Source: an uncultured Chloroflexia bacterium (GTDB lineage Bacteria > Chloroflexota > Limnocylindria > Limnocylindrales > CSP1-4). From it: a DNA stretch of 64,000 nucleotides. Positions 27,652 to 36,549 of this stretch are shown in pieces. How positions within the stretch are numbered: the stretch's first letter is position 1; each line of letters opens with the position of its first letter. Where the stretch lies: NCBI GenBank assembly GCA_963699965.1, contig CAVOVX010000007.1:142885-206884 (forward strand). The letters run 5' to 3'. The position numbers and the translations under genes are program-made. The notes under the pieces are model-generated. The model did not search any database. It saw only the letters and a program-made list of their open reading frames with translations, and was not told the DNA's origin.

Positions 27652-28309
27652 CGGTGGCCTCCCGCGCGAGAGCCAGCCGCAGCGCGCGCAGCGCGCGGTG
27701 GACCTTGACGGCCAGGGTCGAGGCCGAGCAGCCGAGTGCGGCGCACAGCTCGTCGGTCGTGAGGTCGTCGTAGAACTTGAGGACGAGCACACGCCGCTGG
27801 GCCTCGGGCAAGCTCAGCAGCGCGCGGCGCAGCTGGTCCCGGTCGAGCGCAGCGGCAAAGTCGTCGGTGGCGATCGTGTCGGCCGAGGTCGTGCGGTCGC
27901 GTTCCCGATCCGCTCCATCGTCGGGCCCGCCCGCGTCGCTGGCCCGGATCCCGAACGACACGAGCCGCCGGTCGTGCCGGGCATGATCGACGATCGCGTT
28001 GGCCGCCACCCGGTACAGCCAGCCGCCAAACGAGTCGTTCCGGAAGGAGCCCGAGCGGAGCGCCCCGAGGGCACGCTCGAAGGTCATTGCGGCAATGTCC
28101 TCGGCTGTCGCCCGATCGCCGACCCGGCGGGTCACGAAGCCGTGAATGCGAGGCAGGTAGTAGTCGTACAGCTCGCCAAACGCGGCGCCATCCGAGCGCG
28201 CCTGGACGACCAACGTCCGTTCGCGCTCGGGATCCATCCGGCTGGTGGCATCGTCACGACCCATCGCAACCAGGACGATGGGGTTGAGCGGACCGGGCCG
28301 CCATCGCAC
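27641..28309 (-). CDS. ECF (group IV) RNA polymerase sigma factor
   Basis: Region 2: FGELYDYYLPRIHGFVTRRVGDRATAEDIAAMTFERAL...GWLYRVAANAIVDHAR. Region 4: LSLPEAQRRVLVLKFYDDLTTDELCAALGCSASTLAVKVHRALRALR. The true start may be an internal Met (28264 or 28237). Confidence 0.85.
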   Translation of the reverse strand: MRWRPGPLNPIVLVAMGRDDATSRMDPERERTLVVQARSDGAAFGELYDYYLPRIHGFVTRRVGDRATAEDIAAMTFERALGALRSGSFRNDSFGGWLYRVAANAIVDHARHDRRLVSFGIRASDAGGPDDGADRERDRTTSADTIATDDFAAALDRDQLRRALLSLPEAQRRVLVLKFYDDLTTDELCAALGCSASTLAVKVHRALRALRLALAREATDAA

Positions 28310-28373
28310 GGCGGTACTGCCGGCGAGGGGACCACGGTCCGCTCAATGGGTCATCGCTGGGAGTGGCTCCCGG

Positions 28374-29447
28374 CTATGGGATCGTCACCTTGATCGCCGC
28401 GGTCTGGCCGAGGACGACCTTGTTGCCGTTCTTGAATCCGACGCACTGGACCCGGTAGAACCAGGTCTGGCCGCTCTCGACGTGGGTGTCGGTGTACTCG
28501 GTCTTCGAGCGGTTCTCGATGATGCTGATCAGCTGGCTGCCGTCGGTCCGCGGGACGTAGGACGGGTTCTCGCCGTGCGACCTGACGACCTTGTACCAGT
28601 GGAACGCGTCCGCCTGGCAGGCCGTCCAGTCGAGGGCCACGCCGCCATCCGTCAGCTTGGCCTCGAGGCCGAGCGTGCCCGGCGTCGGAGCGGGCTTCTC
28701 GGCCTGGGTTCGGATCGCCTTGGCCGGCGTGCTGTTCAGGACCCGGTAGCCATGGGCCGTCTTGTCGATGCAGAAGACCCGGTACCAGACCTTCTTGCCG
28801 GCCGGGGCGTGGCGGTCGATGAACATCGTAGTCCCGCGCTCGCGGACGACGCCGACCAGGCGATCGTGCGCGCCGAGCGGCCAGCGGACCCGCGGGTCCG
28901 TCGAGCGGACGATCTTGTAGAGGTCGAAGCGGTCGGCACCGCAGGCCGTCCAGTCGACCTTGACGCCGCCCTCGACGTTCGACAGTCGGAGCCCGAGCGG
29001 ATCGGGCCGATGGTGGGTCGGCTTGGGGTCGGGGTTGTCGGTCGGGGGCGGATCCTTCGGCTTGTCGGCATCGCCGCCGCCGGTGGACCCACCACCCCCG
29101 CCCGAGCCGCCGCCGGCGCCGTCGGTCGGAGTGGCGGTCGGGGTCGGGGTCGGGGTCGGAGTGGTGCCCTGGCCGGGCGGGTCGGTCGGACAATCGATCG
29201 GATTGCCCTGCTCGTCCTGGCAGCTCGCCGGGGCGGTCGCCGCGGTCAGGACGATCGGGACGGTCGTCGCGCCGAGCGCGACCGCGCCGACGATCAGCAG
29301 GGCCGCGAGCGACGTCGGCAGTCCTCGGCCGGTCCGCCGGGGCTTGCGGCTTGGCCTGCCGGCCGGACGGTCGTCCACGGTCACATCGTCAATGCTGACG
29401 GGCGCCGTGTGGCCGTCATCCCAGTCGTCGAACCGATCCCCACCCAT
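28374..29447 (-). CDS. membrane-anchored protein with Pro/Thr/Gly linker and two FN3-like domains, each with a Cys pair; paralogous to the C-terminus of the anti-sigma protein
   Basis: ATG at 29447 (MGGDRFDDWDDGH). TM helix: LPTSLAALLIVGAVALGATTVPIVL. Linker: GTTPTPTPTPTATPTDGAGGGSGGGGGSTGGGDADKPKDPPPTDNPDPKP. Repeats: GGVKVDWTACGADRFDLYKIVRS...VWYRVFCID and GGVALDWTACQADAFHWYKVVRS...TWFYRVQCVG. Confidence 0.75.
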   Translation of the reverse strand: MGGDRFDDWDDGHTAPVSIDDVTVDDRPAGRPSRKPRRTGRGLPTSLAALLIVGAVALGATTVPIVLTAATAPASCQDEQGNPIDCPTDPPGQGTTPTPTPTPTATPTDGAGGGSGGGGGSTGGGDADKPKDPPPTDNPDPKPTHHRPDPLGLRLSNVEGGVKVDWTACGADRFDLYKIVRSTDPRVRWPLGAHDRLVGVVRERGTTMFIDRHAPAGKKVWYRVFCIDKTAHGYRVLNSTPAKAIRTQAEKPAPTPGTLGLEAKLTDGGVALDWTACQADAFHWYKVVRSHGENPSYVPRTDGSQLISIIENRSKTEYTDTHVESGQTWFYRVQCVGFKNGNKVVLGQTAAIKVTIP

Positions 29448-29659
29448 GAGTCCACTCCCCAAGTTCCACGGTCGTTCGGTCCTGCCGTCCGGCAGGCGCC
29501 GAGACCTCTGACCACAGAACGCGAGACGAGCACGGGGATTACCGGTCCGCGCCCATCTGATGGTCCCGGTCGGGCCCCGTACCGCTGCGCCCCGAAGTGG
29601 GCCGGCGTACCATCGAGAGCCACGCCACCCGTTCGTCCGACGGAGGAGGCACGACCGCG

Positions 29660-30649
29660 ATGACCGATCCGCTCGCTCTCGACCCGGTGCTGCCGGACCG
29701 AGAGCGCAGCCGCCTGACCTTTGCCGACGACGTCCCCCACGACGAGCGCTACCGGATCTTCGAGGAGCACGTGGCCGCCGGGGGCAAGGTCGAGGCATGG
29801 GACTGGATGCCCGAGGACTACAGGATCGGCGTCCTGCGTTTCGTCGAGATGCACGCCAACAGTGAGCTGATGGGCGTCCTCCCCGAACGCGAGTGGCTCA
29901 TGCGGGCGCCCACCCTGCGCCGCAAGCTGGCCCTCACGGCCAAGGTCCAGGACGAGGTCGGCCATGCCCAGCTGCTGTACCGGGTCGCCGAGGACCTCGG
30001 CAAGCCGCGCGAGGCGATGTTCGACGACCTGCTGGCGGGGAAGACGAAGTTCCACAACGTCTTCCACTACCCGACCAGGAGCTGGGGCGACGTCGGGGTC
30101 ATCGCCTGGCTCGTCGATGCCGCCGCGATCGTCGCCCAGCAGGCGCTGCGCGACAGCAGCTATGCGCCGTACGCCCGGACGATGCGCAAGATCTGCTGGG
30201 AGGAGTCGGTCCACATCATGCACGGCCGCGACGTCGTCGTGACCCTCGTCACCGGAACGCCTGCCCAGCGGGCGATGGTCCAGGAGGCGCTCGATCGCTG
30301 GTGGGGACCGTTGATGCAGATGCATGGCCCGCGGACGCCCCGCGAGAAGGACCGCGACCTGAGCTGGCGGATCAAGGCGAAGACGAGCGAGGAGCTCCGC
30401 CAGGAGTTCCTCGGGATCTACGTGCCGCGGATCCTCGAGCTCGGGCTGTCGATCCCCGATCCCGAGCTGCGCTTCGACGAGGGCGCGGGCGAATGGCGCT
30501 ACCGCGAGCCCGACTGGGACGAGCTTCGAACGGTCGTGACGAACCACGGTCCGATGTCCGAGGCCCGGCTCGCCTTCCGGCGGCTGAACCGGGAGGAGAC
30601 CCGCTGGGTGCGCGAGGCGATCCTGGGCGACCCGCGGGTCGCCGCCTGA
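29660..30649 (+). CDS. paaA: 1,2-phenylacetyl-CoA epoxidase, catalytic subunit A
   Basis: ATG at 29660 after GGAGGAGG. Di-iron carboxylate motifs: MHANSELMGV, DEVGHAQLLYRVAEDLG, CWEESVHIMHGRD. 329 aa. Confidence 0.9.
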   Translation: MTDPLALDPVLPDRERSRLTFADDVPHDERYRIFEEHVAAGGKVEAWDWMPEDYRIGVLRFVEMHANSELMGVLPEREWLMRAPTLRRKLALTAKVQDEVGHAQLLYRVAEDLGKPREAMFDDLLAGKTKFHNVFHYPTRSWGDVGVIAWLVDAAAIVAQQALRDSSYAPYARTMRKICWEESVHIMHGRDVVVTLVTGTPAQRAMVQEALDRWWGPLMQMHGPRTPREKDRDLSWRIKAKTSEELRQEFLGIYVPRILELGLSIPDPELRFDEGAGEWRYREPDWDELRTVVTNHGPMSEARLAFRRLNREETRWVREAILGDPRVAA

Positions 30650-30653
30650 CGGG

Positions 30654-31028
30654 ATGTCCGCCACCAAGCCCGTGCCAGCATCCGACACCGGAGCCGAACC
30701 GCCGCCGGGCGCGCCGGGCGTCCTCGAACCGTACGAGGTCTTCCGCCAGGAGAAGGACGGCGACCCGATGCGCCATGGTGGAAGCGTGCTCGCGCCCGAC
30801 CCCATCCTGGCCGTCCACTACGCGCGCGAGCTCTACGGCCGCCGGCAGGAGTCGGTCCGGCTGTGGGTGGTCCGCCGGGCCGACATCCACGACCTCGACG
30901 ACGCCGACCTCCTCCAGCCGCCGCTCGACCGGTCGTTCAAGAAGCCGGGCGGCTACGTGATGCGCGACAAGCTCGAGGCGGCCCGACGCCAGGCGGGCAC
31001 CCGGAAGCCACGGGCGAAGGAGCGATGA
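30654..31028 (+). CDS. paaB: 1,2-phenylacetyl-CoA epoxidase subunit B
   Basis: 124 aa: YEVFRQEKDGDPMRHGGSVLAPDPILAVHYARELYGRRQESVRLWVVRRADI. Positioned between paaA and paaC. Confidence 0.85.
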   Translation: MSATKPVPASDTGAEPPPGAPGVLEPYEVFRQEKDGDPMRHGGSVLAPDPILAVHYARELYGRRQESVRLWVVRRADIHDLDDADLLQPPLDRSFKKPGGYVMRDKLEAARRQAGTRKPRAKER

Positions 31029-31816
31029 CCCCGGCTGCCTCCGGCGCCGGCCTCCTGCCGGCGACCCGGAACGCCCTGGCCGTCCTCCTCCTCGCGATCG
31101 CCGACGACGAATTCGTCATCGGCTTCAGCGACTCCGAGTGGACGGGGATCGCGCCGATCCTCGAGGAGGACGTCGCCATGAGCTCGCTCGCCCAGGACGA
31201 GCTCGGGCACGCCCAGGCGTTCTACCGGCTCCTCGCCGAGCTCGTCGATGACGGGCGGGACGCCGACGCGATCGCCTTCGACCGGCCGCCCGAGGGCTAC
31301 TACCACGCCCGGCTGCTCGATCACCCGCGCGGCGACTGGGCCCAGACGATCGCCCGGCGCTACCTGTTCGACACCGCCGAGGACGTGCGGATGGCGGCGC
31401 TCGAGTCTTCGTCCTACGCGCCGCTCGCGGCGCTCGCGACAAAGGTGCGGCGCGAGGAGCGCTACCACCTCATGCACATGGCGACCTGGCTCGAACGACT
31501 GGCGCTGGCCCGGGGCGAGCCGAGGGAGCGGCTGATCGAGGCGCTCGAGCGGATCGGGGCGGATGCCGGGACGACTCTCGCGCCATTGCCGACCGAGATG
31601 GCGCTCGTGATGGCCGACATCATGGCGGCCCCGGCGGCCGAGCTGGAGACACGCTGGCGGGCGACGATCGACCCCACGTTCGAGCGGTTGCGCCTGCCAT
31701 CCTCGCCCGGGATCGGCGACCCGGAGGACGCCCGGACCGGACACTCCGAGGCGTTCCGCCGGCTCCACGACGAGTTCACCTCCGTGCGCCGGATCGACCG
31801 GGCGGCGACCTGGTGA
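31025..31816 (+). CDS. paaC: 1,2-phenylacetyl-CoA epoxidase subunit C
   Basis: The ATG at 31025 overlaps the paaB stop (ATGA). Motifs: LLLAIADDEFVIGFSDSEWTGIAP, SSLAQDELGHAQAFYRLL, REERYHLMHMATWLERL. Confidence 0.85.
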   Translation: MTPAASGAGLLPATRNALAVLLLAIADDEFVIGFSDSEWTGIAPILEEDVAMSSLAQDELGHAQAFYRLLAELVDDGRDADAIAFDRPPEGYYHARLLDHPRGDWAQTIARRYLFDTAEDVRMAALESSSYAPLAALATKVRREERYHLMHMATWLERLALARGEPRERLIEALERIGADAGTTLAPLPTEMALVMADIMAAPAAELETRWRATIDPTFERLRLPSSPGIGDPEDARTGHSEAFRRLHDEFTSVRRIDRAATW

Positions 31817-32310
31817 CCGGGATGTCCGCCATCGACGCCGCTACGCTCCGGGCGGGCCTGGCCGACATCCCCGATCCGGAGCTGCCGGTGGTGTCGATCG
31901 CCGAGCTGGGGATCCTCGGGCGGGTCGAGGCGGGGCCTGATCGGCTCCGGGTCGAGCTCCATCCGACCTTCGTGGCCTGCCCCGCGACCGAGCTCATCCG
32001 GACGGCCGTCGCAGATCGATTGGCAGAGCTGGCGCCGGGTTCCGTGGCCGAGGTGGCGCTCGTCTTCGATCCGCCCTGGACGAGCGACCGCATCAGCTTG
32101 TCCGGACGGTCGAAGCTGGCCGCCGCCGGGATCGCGCCTCCGCTGCCTGGCGGTCCGACCGAGCTCGTCAGCCTGGACGCCGCCGTCCCGTGCCCGTTCT
32201 GCGGCTCAGCACGGACGCGACTCGACAACCTGTTCGGCCCGACCCTGTGCCGGTCGATCCACTGGTGCCCCGACTGCCGTCAGCCCTTCGAGGCGATCAA
32301 GACGGTCTGA
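31813..32310 (+). CDS. paaD: phenylacetate-CoA oxygenase subunit D (Fe-S assembly SufT/MIP18-like plus C-terminal Zn ribbon)
   Basis: IPDPELPVVSIAELGILGRV...FVACPATELI... and the C-terminal CPFCGSARTRLDNLFGPTLCRSIHWCPDCRQPFEAIK. Confidence 0.85.
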   Translation: MTGMSAIDAATLRAGLADIPDPELPVVSIAELGILGRVEAGPDRLRVELHPTFVACPATELIRTAVADRLAELAPGSVAEVALVFDPPWTSDRISLSGRSKLAAAGIAPPLPGGPTELVSLDAAVPCPFCGSARTRLDNLFGPTLCRSIHWCPDCRQPFEAIKTV

Positions 32311-32320
32311 TCGAGCGGCG

Positions 32321-33664
32321 TCAGGCGACCACGCGGTACAGGTGCCAGCGATCCGGGACACCTTTGAGCTCGTGCTCGCCTGCGTCCTCGAAGATCAGCC
32401 CCGAGCCAGCGACCAAGTCCCTGACCGTGGAGCTGACGAGGATCTCCGACGGGGCAGCCAGCGCCGCGACCCGGGCCCCGATGTTCACCGCGAGCCCGCC
32501 GACCTTGCCGTCGATCGTCTCGACCTCGCCGGTGTGGCAGCCGGCCCGGACCTCGATCCCGAGGGGCCGGACCGCGTCCCGGATCGCCTCCGCACACCGG
32601 ACTGCGCGGGCCGGCCCGTCGAAGGTCGCGAAGAACCCGTCGCCGGCGGTGTCGACCTCGACTCCGCGGAACCGTCCGAGCAAGGTTCGGACGATGGCGT
32701 GATGTCGCCCCGCCAGCTCGCCCCAGGCGCGGTCACCGGCCTGCGCCGCCCGGGCGGTCGAACCCACGATGTCGGTGAACAGGACGGTCGCGAGGACCCG
32801 GTCGAATTCCGCTTCGCGCTCGCGGATCTCGCCGGCGAAACCGTCGATGGCATCGAACAGCTCAGTGTCCCTGGCGGTCGGCCAGTCCTCGGTCCCCGGG
32901 ACAATCAGGAACCGTGCCCCGGGGATCTGCGACGCGACCCACGGCGCGCCGCCGTCCCCCGTTCGATCGTATGCGCCCGCCTTCTGGAGGACGAGTGTCG
33001 GGACCTGGATTCCCGGGAGCAGCGAGCGGACGTCCGTCTGCTGCTCGACGCGGCGGATCGCCTGGCGAGCCAGTGGGCTGGCGACCAGGCGCGCCCACTT
33101 GGCCCAGGCCCTGGCTTCCGCGTCGTCGGGGTCGACGACGCCCATTTTGCGCAGGGACGCTCGCCAGACCTCGGTGGAGCCCCAGTCGAGGTCCTGCTGC
33201 AGGGTCCGATCAGCCTCCTCGACCGACCTTCCCCACGGGTACTCGGGGGTGCGCCAGTAGTAGACCACCGGCGAGAGAAGCACCAATCCGGCCGTCCGCT
33301 CGGGGTACGAAGCGGCGAACAGGAGGCTCAGGGCACAGCCCCACTCGAAGCCCATCATCACCGGCCGGGTCGCGCCTGCGGCGTCCATGACCGAACGGAG
33401 GTCGTCCACGCCCAGCTCAAGCGACAGCGAATTGGGCGATGCCGGACGGTCGGAGACGCCGAAGCCTCGACGATCGAACGTGATCACCCTCGCTCGACGG
33501 CCGAATGCCCGGAGGGTGGCTGCCCAGCTCGGGACATCCCAGTTGGCGTCGACGTTCGAGAGCACGTCGTTGAACACGAGGTCATACGGCCCTGCGCCGA
33601 AGACCTGGTAGCCGATGTGCAGGCCGTCCTCGGTCACGACGTACTGAGTGTCGGGAATGTCCAC
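32321..33664 (-). CDS. alpha/beta-hydrolase-fold domain fused to a class III nucleotide cyclase domain (LipJ/Rv1900c-like architecture)
   Basis: GTG at 33664. The rest of ORF 32321..34930 is antisense to the dehydrogenase gene. Hydrolase-like half: YDLVFNDVLSNVD...ITFDRRGFGVSD...MMGFEWGCALSLLFAA. Cyclase half: ATVLFTDIVGSTARAA, EVDTAGDGFFATFD, GLAVNIGARVAA, ELKGVPDRWHLYRV. Confidence 0.85.
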   Translation of the reverse strand: MDIPDTQYVVTEDGLHIGYQVFGAGPYDLVFNDVLSNVDANWDVPSWAATLRAFGRRARVITFDRRGFGVSDRPASPNSLSLELGVDDLRSVMDAAGATRPVMMGFEWGCALSLLFAASYPERTAGLVLLSPVVYYWRTPEYPWGRSVEEADRTLQQDLDWGSTEVWRASLRKMGVVDPDDAEARAWAKWARLVASPLARQAIRRVEQQTDVRSLLPGIQVPTLVLQKAGAYDRTGDGGAPWVASQIPGARFLIVPGTEDWPTARDTELFDAIDGFAGEIREREAEFDRVLATVLFTDIVGSTARAAQAGDRAWGELAGRHHAIVRTLLGRFRGVEVDTAGDGFFATFDGPARAVRCAEAIRDAVRPLGIEVRAGCHTGEVETIDGKVGGLAVNIGARVAALAAPSEILVSSTVRDLVAGSGLIFEDAGEHELKGVPDRWHLYRVVA

Positions 33665-33784
33665 GATCAGCGCCCCTGTCGGTCGAACGGTGCCGCCGGA
33701 AGGGTCGACCTCATCGGCGAAGTCTGCGGCCCGGACGGACCGACGACAAGACTTGTGGCCCGGCCGACCGGGTAGGCTGGGCCG

Positions 33785-35068
33785 ATGGACGATCGAAGTG
33801 CGCTGCCGGCCGACCCCGACTTGACCTCGGGCGTCACCGGTATCGTCGGGGCCGGGACGATGGGCGCCGGGATCGCCCAGGTCGCGCTCGAGGCGGGCGA
33901 CCGGGTGCTCCTGTACGACGAGGATCCGGACGCGCTCGCGCGGGCGCGCGAGCGGATCGCTGATGGGCTCGCCCGACGACTGCGGCGTCGCATCGGCTGC
34001 CCGTCGGGTTCGGCGGCGGTCGGCCCCGGCGAGGCACTCCGGAGGCTGGCGGTCTCGCCGGACGTCGAGGCCTTGGCTCGGGTGGCCGACGTCATCGTCG
34101 AGGCCGCTCTCGAGGACCTGCTGGTCAAGCAGGGGCTGTTCGCCCGGATCGATGCCGTGGCCGGCGCCGAGGCCATCCTCGCGACGAACACGAGCGCGCT
34201 GTCGGTCGGCCAGATCGCGTCGGCCACCCGCCACCCGGAGCGGGTCGTCGGGCTCCACTTCTTCAACCCCGCACCCCTGATGCCGCTCGTCGAGGTCGTC
34301 GCCCCGGACGGGGTCGATCCGGCGGCAGCCGACGCGGCGACGGCGCTCGTCCGGCGCTGGGGCAAGACCCCGGTCCGAACCGGCGATTCGCCCGGCTTCA
34401 TCGTCAACCGGGTCAACCGCCCGTTCACCCTCGAGGCGCTGCGACTGCTGGAAGTCGGCGCCGGCACCGTCGAGTCGATCGACGAGGCGATGCGGGCCGA
34501 CGGGTTCCCGATGGGTCCGTTCGAGCTCATGGACCTGATCGGCGTCGACGTCAACCTGGCGGCGGCTCGGGGCATCTTCGAGGCGTCCCGGTACGAACCT
34601 CGCTTTCGCCCGTCGGAGATCCAGGAGCGGCTGGTCGAGGCCGGGCGGTTCGGACGGAAGACGGGTGAGGGCTTCTACTGGTACGGCGAGGGCGGACGCC
34701 GGCTCGGGCCGGCCGGGGCATTCGCGGCCGACCCCGAGCCGCTCGCCGCCCAGGACCCGAGCTGGTCGCCGCTGTCGAGCGGCGAGCCTGGAGCCGAGGC
34801 GCTCGATCGCCTTGGACCGGTTGTCGAGCCGATCATCCTGGCGATCGTGAACGAGGCCTACCGGGCGCTCGGGGACGAGGTCGCCGGCGCCGGTGACATC
34901 GACCTCGCGCTGCGGCTCGGGGCCGGCCACCCGAGCGGCCCGTTCGAGCGGACAGCCACGCTCGGCGGACCGGCCGCCGTGCTCGCCCGGCTCGGCCGCT
35001 GGCAGTCGGCCGGACCACGGTTCAAGCCCGCGCCGGCGCTCGTCACGGCCGCGGCCGTGGGCGACTGA
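33785..35068 (+). CDS. 3-hydroxyacyl-CoA dehydrogenase (PaaH/FadB-type) with an extended C-terminal dimerisation-domain repeat
   Basis: Motifs: GIVGAGTMGAGIAQVAL (Rossmann), ILATNTSALSV, VVGLHFFNPAPLMPLVEVV, SPGFIVNRVNRPF, MGPFELMDLIGVDV, and a second ILAIVNEAYRAL..DIDLALRLGAGHPSGPF. Confidence 0.9.
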   Translation: MDDRSALPADPDLTSGVTGIVGAGTMGAGIAQVALEAGDRVLLYDEDPDALARARERIADGLARRLRRRIGCPSGSAAVGPGEALRRLAVSPDVEALARVADVIVEAALEDLLVKQGLFARIDAVAGAEAILATNTSALSVGQIASATRHPERVVGLHFFNPAPLMPLVEVVAPDGVDPAAADAATALVRRWGKTPVRTGDSPGFIVNRVNRPFTLEALRLLEVGAGTVESIDEAMRADGFPMGPFELMDLIGVDVNLAAARGIFEASRYEPRFRPSEIQERLVEAGRFGRKTGEGFYWYGEGGRRLGPAGAFAADPEPLAAQDPSWSPLSSGEPGAEALDRLGPVVEPIILAIVNEAYRALGDEVAGAGDIDLALRLGAGHPSGPFERTATLGGPAAVLARLGRWQSAGPRFKPAPALVTAAAVGD

Positions 35069-35193
35069 CCGGCTCCCGCCAGCGCATTCGGGCGACCTGA
35101 CGCATCATGCAGCCGACCCGCAAGGCCCAACCCTGTCGGCGGGGCTCTGCTGGAGATCTCGTGATCCTCGACTTCCAGGCATCCGGTCGACGG

Positions 35194-35874
35194 ATGCGTC
35201 CCTCAGCGCACCAGCTCGGTCGGCTCGGGGCCCTCGTCGCGTCGGCAACACTCGTCGTCGCCTGCGGCACCGCGGCTGTCACGCCGTCGCCGAGCACGGC
35301 GCCGAGGGTCGTGAGCACGCCGCCATCGACCTCGGCCGCACCATCGAACGCGGCGACGCCGCCCGGGTCGGCGGTCCCCGAGACGCCGGAGCCATCCGTC
35401 GACGCGCACGGTGCACCGGACCTCGAGAAGCTCATGCCACTGAAGGTCGGCGACGTCGCGCTCGAGCGGCGCAGCCTGACCGGCAAGGACTTCTACAAGC
35501 TGGGCACCTCGCAGACCCAGCAACAGCTCGATGCGATGCTCGCCTCGATCGGCAAGACGATCGACGATCTCGACGTGGCCGACGCCTATGACCCGAGCGG
35601 GCTGACGGTGCTCGAGATCGGCGCGTTCCGGGTGGCCGGCGCCAAGTCGACCGAGCTGCTCTCCGGCTGGGTCGCCTCGAACCAGGCGGCGAATCGACAG
35701 CTCGTCGTGTCGAACGAGACCGTCGACGGGCGGGCGTTGACGAAGATGGTCGACGGCACCCGGGAGGTGGGTGCGACCACCCGCGCGTTCGTCGTCGGCG
35801 ACACGATCTTCCTGGTCGGGGCGGACGATCCGGCGATCGTGTCGGCCGCGCTCGCCGGGCTGCCCAAGCCCTGA
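35194..35874 (+). CDS. lipoprotein of unknown function (paralog 1)
   Basis: Signal plus lipobox: MRPSAHQLGRLGALVASATLVVACG. Ser/Pro/Thr linker, then a domain of about 150 aa ending TRAFVVGDTIFLVGADDPAIVSAALAGLPKP. Confidence 0.7.
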   Translation: MRPSAHQLGRLGALVASATLVVACGTAAVTPSPSTAPRVVSTPPSTSAAPSNAATPPGSAVPETPEPSVDAHGAPDLEKLMPLKVGDVALERRSLTGKDFYKLGTSQTQQQLDAMLASIGKTIDDLDVADAYDPSGLTVLEIGAFRVAGAKSTELLSGWVASNQAANRQLVVSNETVDGRALTKMVDGTREVGATTRAFVVGDTIFLVGADDPAIVSAALAGLPKP

Positions 35875-35956
35875 CGGACCCCTTCGACCGGCGTACGATG
35901 CCCAGACGCGCCGGCCGTGGGAATTCGTCCGGGCCAGCGGTGCCCAAGGAGATGTC

Positions 35957-36547
35957 ATGACCGCTCGACGACTTGCCGCTGCCGGCGTCGTTCTCGCCAT
36001 CGCGGCAGCCGTGGCGGGCTGCGGCGGCTCGTCGGCCCCGACCGGCGTTCCGTCGCTGCCCTCGGTCGCCCTTCCGAGCGGGGACAACAGCGGCTTCGCG
36101 ACGAGCAAGCAGCTCGAGGCAACCCTGCCGACGTCGGTCGGCGGCGTGACCCTGACGACCGGCTCGCTGAACGTCCTCCAGCTGTACTCGAGCGGCAACC
36201 AGACGGCCAACTTCCTGACCCTGATGGTGACCGGCCTCGGCGTGTCGCCGGCCCAGGTCGGGGCCGCCGCCGCGGCCGACAGTGGCGGCAAGATCCAGAT
36301 CGTTGCCGGCCAGTTCGGCGGGGTGGCGTCGAGCGCGATCCAGGCCCAGGTCGAGGCCGTTGCCAAGCAGGTCGATCCCAACGTCACCCTGGCCAGCTCG
36401 ACGGTCGGCGGGAAGCAGGTCACGACCGCGACCTTCCCGGGCTCCCACACCGGCCCGGTCGTGGCCTACATCACCGGCGATACGCTCTATCTCGTCCAGT
36501 CGTCCGACCCGGCGCTCACCGAGGACGCGGTCAAGCAGCTCCCCTGA
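35957..36547 (+). CDS. lipoprotein of unknown function (paralog 2)
   Basis: ATG at 35957. Signal plus lipobox: [23 protein letters not shown]. The domain ends [29 protein letters not shown], parallel to the end of paralog 1. Confidence 0.7.
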   Translation: MTARRLAAAGVVLAIAAAVAGCGGSSAPTGVPSLPSVALPSGDNSGFATSKQLEATLPTSVGGVTLTTGSLNVLQLYSSGNQTANFLTLMVTGLGVSPAQVGAAAAADSGGKIQIVAGQFGGVASSAIQAQVEAVAKQVDPNVTLASSTVGGKQVTTATFPGSHTGPVVAYITGDTLYLVQSSDPALTEDAVKQLP

Positions 36548-36549
36548 CG

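Noticed and set aside
29095-29170. Short tandem DNA repeats (GGGGTC units at about 29140-29165; GACCTC units at 7370-7400) as possible CRISPR or VNTR elements.
   Set aside because: They lie inside coding regions and encode low-complexity linkers (TPTPTPTPT and EVEVEV on the minus strand). There is no repeat-spacer organisation and there are no cas genes.
32321-34930. Long N-terminal extensions of several real genes as listed in the ORF track: 32321..34930, 11071..13173, 46348..47280, 57151..58461, 58128..61811, 25816..27792, 28374..29798, 35917..37779.
   Set aside because: In each case the upstream part is low-complexity and overlaps a neighbouring gene or an intergenic region. An internal ATG or GTG with a Shine-Dalgarno-like GGAGG/GAGGAG, or a start/stop overlap, marks where family-like sequence begins. 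The starts I used are 33664, 12801, 47049, 58107, 58293, 27651, 29447 and 36550.
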